From positions 40,075 through 104,074 of IMG/VR virus record IMGVR_UViG_3300025881_000008: a stretch of DNA of 64,000 bases, one strand, 5' to 3'. Every line of letters starts with the position of its first letter. Within the stretch, counting starts at the first letter, position 1. A program made the translations under genes and the position numbers. The notes under the pieces are model-generated. The model was not told where the DNA came from. It was given only the letters and a program-made list of their open reading frames with translations, and did not search any database. The DNA is from a virus. Below are positions 1-7,913 of the stretch, piece after piece.

Positions 1-1
1 C

Positions 2-1054
2 TTTACCATACTCTACTCCAATTTTTTTATTTGTTTCAGCTAGCTTTCTGGCTAATAGTGATTCTGTAATTGCCACTGGTGATGAGGCTTTATAAAGAGG
101 CATTCTAGTAATAGTGGCCAATGTTAATAGAACTTCCATTGATCTTAATTGCTTGTCTATATAATAAACCAAACAGGAGTCAATTACGTTGTAGTAGACA
201 TATTTAGTAAAATCATTTTCATAAAGATCTTGTAATGAACCTGTGTATTTAATTTTGGTAACATCTAAAACTGCACCTGACACAAAGTCTAATGAGTTAG
301 ATTCTTTTACCGCAACTGATCTGTCATATTTGTCATATAATTGCATGTAATCTAAAATACCCATATGAAGAGGTCTACTATCATTTCTGTCAAGTGATCC
401 AGTGATCGCCACATCAGTCAGGTCGATCTGAAGTCTCTTGCAACGATTAACTATATACTGCCAGTCATAGTTGATAAAATTCCATCCAGTCATCATTGGG
501 AACTTAGGTAAAAACTTATGCAAGAATGTATATAACATATTGTACTCATTATCAAATTTATGATATGAGAATTCCCAATCTTGATCATAGTTCTTTAGGT
601 GGGCATTAGTATCTTTCTCAATTTTAGCAATCTGCTCTGATGTTAAATCTTCAAGACCTAATACAATTGCTTTACGCTCAGGCGTGATGATCGAGAAGGT
701 TAAGATACGTGACTTAGCCTCTTCTGGTTTTGGGAAACCATCAACGATTTCTGTTTCAATATCGACGAAATATGTTCGAGGCATATTGAATTCATAAATC
801 TCTTCTTTATCTGCCGCTGGCAGGCTATCCATAAAATAGAGTAGACTGAACTTATTAAATGACTTAGCGATACCTCTTTTTAGTGGGCGATTGTCCCAGT
901 TTCTAAAAGTCTTATCCTTATATTTATCTTTTTCTTCTGTAACTACCCAATTTTGGAATTGGTTTACAGTGTATCTTTTAAAGGAAACTTTACCCTCTTT
1001 GTCATAATAAGAGATGATAAGTTCCTTGTCAGTTTGTTCAATGTCTAATAGCAT
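2..1054 (-). CDS. Family B DNA polymerase (T4 gp43-like), N-terminal and 3'-5' exonuclease part; runs off the left edge of the window
   Basis: Hand translation from the ATG at 1054 (TAATG overlap with the dUTPase stop) gives MLLDIEQTDKE..., with ExoI YFVDIETE, ExoII MTGWNFINYDWQY and ExoIII YNVIDS. The frame is open to the window edge. Confidence 0.9.
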   Translation of the reverse strand, partial: MLLDIEQTDKELIISYYDKEGKVSFKRYTVNQFQNWVVTEEKDKYKDKTFRNWDNRPLKRGIAKSFNKFSLLYFMDSLPAADKEEIYEFNMPRTYFVDIETEIVDGFPKPEEAKSRILTFSIITPERKAIVLGLEDLTSEQIAKIEKDTNAHLKNYDQDWEFSYHKFDNEYNMLYTFLHKFLPKFPMMTGWNFINYDWQYIVNRCKRLQIDLTDVAITGSLDRNDSRPLHMGILDYMQLYDKYDRSVAVKESNSLDFVSGAVLDVTKIKYTGSLQDLYENDFTKYVYYNVIDSCLVYYIDKQLRSMEVLLTLATITRMPLYKASSPVAITESLLARKLAETNKKIGVEYGK

Positions 1055-1521
1055 TAGTAGCCTCTTTTTTGACGGTTCTTATTTTCTTCTGCTTTTGCGA
1101 AATAATAATTATATGCTGTCTTTGCATCGAGGCCAATTGATGCCGCATAATTAATAAAGAAGTGCAATACATCAATCCACTCCATAAAAAGTTCTTTACG
1201 ATCATCTTCTGATAGATCAGAAACTTTTATTGTCTCGTACTTTTTAAAGTCTGCTTTCCAGTATTTCCAAACTGCGTTCCCTGAGCCATCTTTAATGCCT
1301 CCTAATGCGTCTGTCATTTCGTGTAGTTCATCTATCACTGCATGTGTGTTAACATGCCAGAAGTCCATTACCTCGCGAATAGACATGTTCTCAAACTTAA
1401 TGCCATAAGTTTTTTCTTGCATCTCTTTTTGATGAGACATAATGTCTTCTAAGTGTGTCGTTGAATCATTGTAAAAATCTTTTACTTCAAGATCTTTGCA
1501 TTCGTTATCTATATTTGCCAT
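1054..1521 (-). CDS. Dimeric all-alpha dUTPase/dCTPase (T4 gp56/MazG-like superfamily)
   Basis: DELHE, WKYWK and EWIDVLHFF motifs plus a C-terminal K..EN..RQ..GY; adjacent to the DNA polymerase. Confidence 0.85.
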   Translation of the reverse strand: MANIDNECKDLEVKDFYNDSTTHLEDIMSHQKEMQEKTYGIKFENMSIREVMDFWHVNTHAVIDELHEMTDALGGIKDGSGNAVWKYWKADFKKYETIKVSDLSEDDRKELFMEWIDVLHFFINYAASIGLDAKTAYNYYFAKAEENKNRQKRGY

Positions 1522-1540
1522 ATGTAATTTGTTATATTAT

Positions 1541-1566
1541 TAGTATGCTAATTTGTGAGATAGTTT
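1541..1566 (-). promoter_or_regulatory. Putative phage promoter, AAAC-N17-TACTA variant, upstream of dUTPase and DNA polymerase
   Basis: Same 17-nt spacing as four other AAAC-N17-TATAA sites in the window. Confidence 0.45.
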
Positions 1567-1571
1567 CATTG

Positions 1572-2468
1572 TTATTTGTCCATTTCTAAAACTTCTCCCC
1601 ATTCTCTTTGAGAATTAGTTTTTTCTTTAGTTTCTTCTGATTCTGGATAGGGTTGTCCACCTACATTCCAAAACCATGCACCGGGCGTTCCGTGTTTTTT
1701 CATAAATTCCCAAGCTTTAGCATCATAGTTCATTGCAGATGGAAATGGTGGTGCGTATTTAGGATTTACATCAGCGGCAAATGCCTTAGGATGTGACCAA
1801 ACTTTTGCTTTACCTAATTCACCATCTTTAATATTCCTAGATACTGCTACTGCGTTAAATTGAGCATCTGGCCATGCAATCTGCAAAGAGCGCTGTAATA
1901 CGCCTGTTGAAATAGCAGACCAAACCTCTTCGGGGTATCCATGTTTTTCTGCAATATCATACGCTACTTTAACAGCCGCTGCTGTTACTAATTCATGTTT
2001 TAAACCCAATGGTATAAAAGTTGCATTGTTTGCTTCCGCCCATTCTTTTGCTATTTTATTTAAATTTGGCATGGCAGCAATTCTTCTGAACTTAGGTATT
2101 GCACCCCTCTCAATACAAATAGCTTGATGATCTGAAATTACTTTACCTGAAGGCATAAATAAAACCAGTTTCTTGTTATACTTATTTGCCAAATAAGCAA
2201 GAGAAATTCCCGCAAATCCAAATCTGGGCTGTACATAAACTAATGTATCTGTTGGTGCTTTTTGAACTAAAATATCTCCGAATCTACATTTGGATCCAAA
2301 CCCCATCATATCATCTCTGACTACATTGAAACCATCGTGATTCATTATAATAGGATCTTCTAGTGGATCTTTCCAGTCACCAGCTAAATCTAACCATGCT
2401 TGTCTATTTGGCATCATTAGATTTAAGTCTTGGTTCATTTTACTTGTTGTGTGAGTATCATGTGCCAT
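1572..2468 (-). CDS. PLP-dependent enzyme, fold type II (PALP), similar to phage DNA-hypermodification decarboxylases
   Basis: VVRDD...GSKCR (Schiff-base Lys), GFAGISLAYLA, phosphate loop ISTGVL, YDAKAW and FWNVG. Confidence 0.75.
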   Translation of the reverse strand: MAHDTHTTSKMNQDLNLMMPNRQAWLDLAGDWKDPLEDPIIMNHDGFNVVRDDMMGFGSKCRFGDILVQKAPTDTLVYVQPRFGFAGISLAYLANKYNKKLVLFMPSGKVISDHQAICIERGAIPKFRRIAAMPNLNKIAKEWAEANNATFIPLGLKHELVTAAAVKVAYDIAEKHGYPEEVWSAISTGVLQRSLQIAWPDAQFNAVAVSRNIKDGELGKAKVWSHPKAFAADVNPKYAPPFPSAMNYDAKAWEFMKKHGTPGAWFWNVGGQPYPESEETKEKTNSQREWGEVLEMDK

Positions 2469-2469
2469 A

Positions 2470-3141
2470 TTAAAAGTTTGTTTTAGGTCCTAAATATTCT
2501 GGACTAGTCATATATTTGTTATGGTATTCCATTACTTTGTTTCTAGCTTCATCTGCACTATCGACAATTCTAAATAGATCAAAATCCTTTTCACTCATTC
2601 TACCTGAACCCAATAATTGATCCTTCATCCAATCAATTAAACCGCCCCAGTACTTTTTACCGACTAGGACTATTGGATATGTTATATTATGGCCGGTCTG
2701 TGCAAGGGTTATGGCTTCGAACATTTCATCTAATGTACCCACTCCACCTGGAAAAATAACAAAGGCTTGTGAATATTTAAGAAACATTACTTTACGAGTA
2801 AAGAAATATCTACATTCTACTCCGAGGTCAACATATTTGTTCATGCCAGATTCAAATGGTAATTCAATTCCAATTCCAATAGATTTTCCACCTACTTCTT
2901 TAGCGCCGTGGTTTGCGGCTTGCATAATACCAGGTCCACCTCCAGTAATCACTCCAAACCCTTCACAGGCTATTAGCTTACCGAATAGTTTCGCCTCTTC
3001 ATACCATTTAGTTCCTGTCATTGTTCTAGCACTTCCAAAAACGGAAATACAGGGTCCTAATTCACTGAATGTATCAAATCCTTTGGTAAATTCACCCTGG
3101 ATTCGCATGATCTGCCATGCGTCTTCTGCTTTATTTCTCAT
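2470..3141 (-). CDS. LOG family nucleotide phosphoribohydrolase (TIGR00730 Rossmann fold)
   Basis: SVFGSAR, ITGGGPGIM, RKVMF and the signature PGGVGTLDE. Confidence 0.92.
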   Translation of the reverse strand: MRNKAEDAWQIMRIQGEFTKGFDTFSELGPCISVFGSARTMTGTKWYEEAKLFGKLIACEGFGVITGGGPGIMQAANHGAKEVGGKSIGIGIELPFESGMNKYVDLGVECRYFFTRKVMFLKYSQAFVIFPGGVGTLDEMFEAITLAQTGHNITYPIVLVGKKYWGGLIDWMKDQLLGSGRMSEKDFDLFRIVDSADEARNKVMEYHNKYMTSPEYLGPKTNF

Positions 3142-4346
3142 ATATTAGCTACCATTTTTTTATATTCTTCTACTGAAACATTAGCAGATTGTAGTATTTT
3201 ATCATCTGACGGGAATGAAGTCATGCCATTAAATGTTTCAACTAGACCTAAGTCTAACATTGCTTTTTGTCTACCATACGGATGGTCTTTGATAGAAGAC
3301 GAGTTCCATAAAGTATCCATGTTAATATGTGCATAATCAGCACCAGGTCTTAGATAGTTTTCAATCCATCTAATAAAGTCGCATGCAACATCTTCTGCAT
3401 TATATGGCAATGAACCAGTGTCTTCGTATATTTTAGTCATTACTGCATCTAGAAACGGTTCACTTCTTTTACCTTTGTAATCGACCGGATCTGCTAAATA
3501 ACCAATACATTCTACTGCATTTGTGCCGTAATAGAACATTGATTCTCTGTTGATATATTCTGGGTACCAGTCAGCCACGTCTGCAATAACAGCTGCGTAT
3601 TGGAATTTATATTGTCTCAGTCCGTTTGCAACATTCCAATCAAACATCCATTGACCAAGTTGTCTTAAGTCTTTTTTACCACCATCTCTCAAATAACCTG
3701 CCATGTCTCTAGCCAATCTTGGTGCAAATTCACACAAGAAATAATCCCCGCCTCGTTTATAGACATATTCTGGTTCTTTAAATGATGACATACCAACAAA
3801 ACTATCCTCATTTTGAGTTGGTTGTGGAGGTTTAGGAAATGCTGGAAATTGATAACCAACTGAAGTGTAGAATGGCGTTGGGTGGTATTTTACCTTTTCA
3901 CACATTTCTTCAATTGTATCGCAATCGTGTAGATCAAATAGGATTGTATTATGATAACCAGATGGTTTGGTAGCGTAGTTAATTGCTGAGCCACAAACTC
4001 GATGGAGAATAAAAACATACAACCATTCTTCTAGGCCAAAAATATCTTGTCGACTAGTCCAATTTTTTGCAACCTCTTCTCTTTGGGGGTAAATTTTACC
4101 AGCTTGCATATGTTGCCAATACGGATGTTTATCTGTCCATCCATAAAAACAATCATTTATAATTTGACTAAAACCAGCATACTTTCGTTCCACAACATCA
4201 TACAGTTGTATATGTTCCATTAAAGGATCATTCATACCACTTTCATCATGTGGCACCATGCCTAAATTACTAAGCTCTTGTTGTTTTAATGCTAAATTAA
4301 AATACCTAATAAATTCGTCATAATATTGGGTTGTCTTAATTTTCAT
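3138..4346 (-). CDS. Divergent 5-hmdU DNA kinase helical / aGPT-Pplase1-like (HhH-fold) DNA modification protein
   Basis: The motif order DPLMEHIQLYDVVER ... FQYAAVIAD ... YGTNAVECIGYL ... AEDVACDFIRW parallels DPIL..Y.F.NV.R / F.AY...D / GPGA..GL / IE..LCE..KY as recalled for aGPT-Pplase1. ATG at 4346 preferred over TTG at 4355. Confidence 0.55.
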   Translation of the reverse strand: MKIKTTQYYDEFIRYFNLALKQQELSNLGMVPHDESGMNDPLMEHIQLYDVVERKYAGFSQIINDCFYGWTDKHPYWQHMQAGKIYPQREEVAKNWTSRQDIFGLEEWLYVFILHRVCGSAINYATKPSGYHNTILFDLHDCDTIEEMCEKVKYHPTPFYTSVGYQFPAFPKPPQPTQNEDSFVGMSSFKEPEYVYKRGGDYFLCEFAPRLARDMAGYLRDGGKKDLRQLGQWMFDWNVANGLRQYKFQYAAVIADVADWYPEYINRESMFYYGTNAVECIGYLADPVDYKGKRSEPFLDAVMTKIYEDTGSLPYNAEDVACDFIRWIENYLRPGADYAHINMDTLWNSSSIKDHPYGRQKAMLDLGLVETFNGMTSFPSDDKILQSANVSVEEYKKMVANI

Positions 4347-4500
4347 TTTGCTCAATTATTTTCCATGCAAATGGATCTCTATTTCTAGCATATTCATCCA
4401 TTGACCATTCTATATCACCAGTGGTAATTTCTATACTATATGATGCATCCGTAGCATGATATGGTGTTATCTCTATCTTGTATAATTTAGTGTATTTCAT
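4336..4500 (-). CDS. Small hypothetical protein (54 aa)
   Basis: Hand translation MKYTKLYKIEITPYHATDASYSIEITTGDIEWSMDEYARNRDPFAWKIIEQNEN; fills the gap between its neighbours. Confidence 0.7.
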   Translation of the reverse strand: MKYTKLYKIEITPYHATDASYSIEITTGDIEWSMDEYARNRDPFAWKIIEQNEN

Positions 4501-4501
4501 T

Positions 4502-5572
4502 TTAAAATAATGCTGTTTGTATTTGTACTACTTTTAGTTTTTTATTTGGTTCATTATTAACAAGATCCCATCGATAAAATTCTCTAGCGATGTGAACTGA
4601 TTTAGGTTTTTCCATTACATCAAAACTTAACTCACCAATCGGATTTTTATATGCACCTGAGTGTTTCCATGTACTCCATCCATTGCGAGTACACATATCA
4701 ACAATCATTTCATTCATAAGTTTCACAAGATCAGTTCTCTCTTGCCAAGAACCAGCAAATGGGGTGTCTTTATAATAACCAGTCTTTGGTAATTGCCTAG
4801 ACTCATTCTCAATTGGCAATGCTTGTATAACTTCAATGGTTTTAATACCCGATTGTTGAAGTGTTTGTTCATATTGCACCATCATCTTAGTCAGTGCTGA
4901 TACGGGATCATCCTGTCGCATTAAATGATGTCTTATGTCGATATTACCAAGATATATCCTAAGCTCATTAGTCCATGGGTATACATAATCTAATAGACCT
5001 CTCTTTAGAGTTCCAAATAGAGTTAAACCATCATTACGATTGACCATAAAACCTGGCGTATATTGACTAAAACTATGTGAGTCTCCAAAGCAAAGCTTAT
5101 CGGTCTTTTCAATATGGTCTACTCTTTGGATTCCAGAGCAAATCTCTCTAGCCTCTTCAATTCTAGTCTCAAGTGTTTTAAATAGTTCCGAGCCAGTCTT
5201 TAATCTCTTCTCAATTAATTCTGCAATTGAAGGCATATCATGATGTAGTGAATACATCCTAGGACCTTTAGTAAAAAGTCTATTAATCTGGTGGAATAAC
5301 TCGTCGTTAGCCCCGCCGAATATATTGAACGCACCTTTATATTCCATACCATGCTCAAGAAGGACTACATCAAATTCCGACCAGTCCGTAGTCCAATCTG
5401 TAATTACAGTAGCATTCTTATAACCAGCATTTACCAATTGGTTACACAGCATAAAAGCCCAACCAGACTTATGTGAGCTTGGCTTAGGGCTTAATTTACC
5501 AACAAGTGCAGATATTGCTATCTTAATTGACTTGTCAGATTCATAATCTGTAAAGTATTTAAAGTTCTGCAT
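4502..5572 (-). CDS. Putative fusion of a T4 beta-glucosyltransferase-like N-domain and an SGNH-hydrolase-like C-domain
   Basis: N-half KIAI...FNIFGG...MYSLHHDMP resembles BGT KIAI...INFFGG...IYYLFTDIRLP. C-half has CFGDSHS, LGNID and KSVH (SGNH blocks I, III, V). Likely start is MQNFKY at 5572; the ORF is open to 5611. Confidence 0.5.
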   Translation of the reverse strand: MQNFKYFTDYESDKSIKIAISALVGKLSPKPSSHKSGWAFMLCNQLVNAGYKNATVITDWTTDWSEFDVVLLEHGMEYKGAFNIFGGANDELFHQINRLFTKGPRMYSLHHDMPSIAELIEKRLKTGSELFKTLETRIEEAREICSGIQRVDHIEKTDKLCFGDSHSFSQYTPGFMVNRNDGLTLFGTLKRGLLDYVYPWTNELRIYLGNIDIRHHLMRQDDPVSALTKMMVQYEQTLQQSGIKTIEVIQALPIENESRQLPKTGYYKDTPFAGSWQERTDLVKLMNEMIVDMCTRNGWSTWKHSGAYKNPIGELSFDVMEKPKSVHIAREFYRWDLVNNEPNKKLKVVQIQTALF

Positions 5573-5870
5573 CTTCTGTACCCATTGGTTTTTCAGTTTC
5601 ACCATAACCATACTTCTTAATATAGTTATCTAAGCCACCGATATACGCCACTGCGTCAAGTAGATTGTCTTCTTTATAATTATATGAATGTCTACTTAGT
5701 TTTAATGCAACAAGTGCTGCGTACATGTCCGCTCCGGTGAATTCTTTACCAGTCATTCCGCCACAAATCATTGCAGCTCGGCGCATGCCTTCTTCAAAAG
5801 GACCATACATGCGTTCTTTCTCTTCTGAACGATGATTAATAATTTTGTCTGCTTCGTTTAAAATATTCAT
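5559..5870 (-). CDS. DUF6378-like all-helical protein (nucleotide-modification associated)
   Basis: IL.EA..II...R...YG.F ... LKLSR.....K.DNLLD..AY pattern. Confidence 0.7.
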   Translation of the reverse strand: MNILNEADKIINHRSEEKERMYGPFEEGMRRAAMICGGMTGKEFTGADMYAALVALKLSRHSYNYKEDNLLDAVAYIGGLDNYIKKYGYGETEKPMGTEDAEL

Positions 5871-5887
5871 GTGTAATTGGTTTATTG

Positions 5888-5913
5888 TTATATGGTATAT
5901 TTTTGATTTGTTT
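5888..5913 (-). promoter_or_regulatory. Putative phage promoter AAAC-N17-TATAA driving the modification operon
   Basis: Minus strand reads TAAAC AAATCAAAAATATACCA TATAAC, ending 17 nt upstream of the ATG at 5870. Confidence 0.6.
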
Positions 5914-5936
5914 AGTTTTATTTAAGTTCTAAATTA

Positions 5937-6098
5937 TTAATCATTGTCTTTATTAGTGTTTATGTCTTTTTTCCAAGACTTGTCCTTTCTATTATATTTA
6001 GATTCGTCGCCATGGTCCTTTTGAATCATTTTACGACGTATCATGGCAGCGAGATGCCTCTCGTTATATCCATCAATATCTTTTTTCTTCTTTGCCAT
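5937..6098 (-). CDS. Small basic protein (53 aa), weakly ArfA-like
   Basis: Hand translation MAKKKKDIDGYNERHLAAMIRRKMIQKDHGDESKYNRKDKSWKKDINTNKDND. Confidence 0.65.
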   Translation of the reverse strand: MAKKKKDIDGYNERHLAAMIRRKMIQKDHGDESKYNRKDKSWKKDINTNKDND

Positions 6099-6133
6099 CT
6101 CGGTCTATCTTTTAATTACAGTGTAAATATAAT

Positions 6134-6164
6134 AAAAAAAGGCCAAACAAAAAAATGTTTGGCC
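6134..6164 (-). terminator. Intrinsic terminator, possibly overlapping a host-type (Bacteroidetes TAnnTTTG-like) promoter
   Basis: Perfect 9-bp stem GGCCAAACA/TGTTTGGCC followed on the minus strand by T7, then TATATTTAC at 6123-6131. Confidence 0.7.
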
Positions 6165-6198
6165 AATTATTTTCAAAAAGTTATTAACAACCTTAGAT

Positions 6199-7377
6199 CT
6201 AGTAAGATAATCTATCTTCTATCTGTTTTCTTTTAGTTTTTAAAGCATCAATGCGATCTTCGATTGCATTTAGTTCACCGCCATATCTGTTAGCATCTTC
6301 ATCAGACCATTCAGTACCCCTTTCGCCAGCCTCTGATTCCATATCTTTATACAATTGAGATCTTTCTGAAGTTAAATCTTTAAGTTCATTTGCAATATCC
6401 CAAAGTTGATCTTCTAATACATCCCTTTGTTTACCATAAACTCTTTTCTTTTTGTCCAGCGCTGCTTGAGCTTTTTTAGCTGCCATTGTTGATTTCATTG
6501 CTCTCATTGCCACTAGAACTGGATCATTAATATCTGTTGCCTCTTCAATAATTTCATTTGATTCGTGTACCAGAGATCTTTGTACTTCAGCGATATATTT
6601 TTGGAGTGACTTACCATAATAGCTTTCTAGTCCCTCAACTGCAGTTTTAGCACTGTTATTATAAATCTCATCAGCCGCCTTTCTACCCATTTTTGAATTA
6701 AGTACACCTAATGCCCCTGTTTCGGTTAGTTTATACTTTTTTTGAAGATCTTTTACGCCTTGATCAAAAAGAGTCTTAGCTTTCTTTTCATTAAAGCTAG
6801 TTTCTATTTGACCATAAAAACCATATGACATATTAATATCATCTTGTGAGTATGCCTCGAACGTTTTGATATATTTCATTTTTTTTCTTTTCTTTTTATA
6901 TTCTTCTTCGGCATCACCAGAACCTGCTGGAACATCACCTGATCCAACTGTACCATTACCTGGTAAAACTACTGGACCCATACCCGTTAAATTAGCAGGG
7001 GTTATGTTTTCGTCTACTGTAATTCCTCTCTTCTTTAAGATCTTTTCAATTTCTTGATAAGCTTTCTTATAATCGGATTTAGTATAGTGCATTCCTTTAG
7101 CATAATTAGCATAACCGTCTAATGCTCCGTTATACATTCCTAGTAATTCTTCATCTGACATACTATCATTAAATACAAACGGTCCAATAAATGCTTCATC
7201 TACCGTCTCTGGTAAACCAGTATGCTTTGTACTTGCAAAATCTTTCAACTGCTTAAGAGTCATATTATCTGCTAATTCTTTTATTTCAGCACTAACTTCA
7301 TCAGATTTTAACTCACCCTTTTTATAAGCGTACGCTTGTCCCATTAATCTTTGTTGTGATTTACTTGTACTTGGCAT
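6199..7377 (-). CDS. DUF3008-like N-terminal domain protein; probable head-internal protein
   Basis: MPSTSKSQQRLMGQAYAYKKGE...LKDFASTKHTGLP N-terminus, internal KMKYIKTFE motif and a C-terminal coiled coil. Confidence 0.6.
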   Translation of the reverse strand: MPSTSKSQQRLMGQAYAYKKGELKSDEVSAEIKELADNMTLKQLKDFASTKHTGLPETVDEAFIGPFVFNDSMSDEELLGMYNGALDGYANYAKGMHYTKSDYKKAYQEIEKILKKRGITVDENITPANLTGMGPVVLPGNGTVGSGDVPAGSGDAEEEYKKKRKKMKYIKTFEAYSQDDINMSYGFYGQIETSFNEKKAKTLFDQGVKDLQKKYKLTETGALGVLNSKMGRKAADEIYNNSAKTAVEGLESYYGKSLQKYIAEVQRSLVHESNEIIEEATDINDPVLVAMRAMKSTMAAKKAQAALDKKKRVYGKQRDVLEDQLWDIANELKDLTSERSQLYKDMESEAGERGTEWSDEDANRYGGELNAIEDRIDALKTKRKQIEDRLSY

Positions 7378-7434
7378 AATTACTTCCTAGCGTATTGTTT
7401 TAATAGTATGTTTCATAATTGTATTGTTTTTTTA

Positions 7435-7845
7435 TTAATAGTTTTTTGCCAGTTTTTTCCAGTTAGACAATGTTTCTAATCCTAATAATATTTCTTCCAT
7501 TCTTCCCAATGCATCATTGAAGTACGCATAACGCCTCTTTCCATCTACACCATCATGATTATTAATGACGTAGTATGATATGCTGCGCCCGTTTTTATTC
7601 AAGTAATCTAATGCGTGGTGATCTTCATATCCAAATTTCTTTGTTAGAACATCGAATGTTTCTATGAATAAGAGCTTCATGTCAGGGACCTTCATATCGT
7701 TATATTTATAGTGTTTAAATGTACCAATAAAAGATGATACTAATTTTTGTTCTACGTCTTTCCAGTCAAACTGTTCTTCTGATCCAAATCTCTTAGGAAT
7801 ACTTTGTTCGTTTAAAAATTGTTCAAATAATTGTATGTGTTTCAT
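7435..7845 (-). CDS. Hypothetical head-internal protein with capsid-targeting-like N-terminus
   Basis: Likely start MKHIQLFEQFLNE at 7845. Confidence 0.6.
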   Translation of the reverse strand: MKHIQLFEQFLNEQSIPKRFGSEEQFDWKDVEQKLVSSFIGTFKHYKYNDMKVPDMKLLFIETFDVLTKKFGYEDHHALDYLNKNGRSISYYVINNHDGVDGKRRYAYFNDALGRMEEILLGLETLSNWKKLAKNY

Positions 7846-7913
7846 AGTTTTAATTCTATAATTAAGCAGAGTACCATGGTTTAATCCAATACTCAAAGAA
7901 TACTCTTTTGAAT

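Noticed and set aside
1054-5870. Known Z-base (PurZ), 7-deazaguanine or T4 glucosyl-hmC systems
   Set aside because: No PurZ, DpdA/Que/FolE or complete two-domain glucosyltransferase is recognisable in the window.
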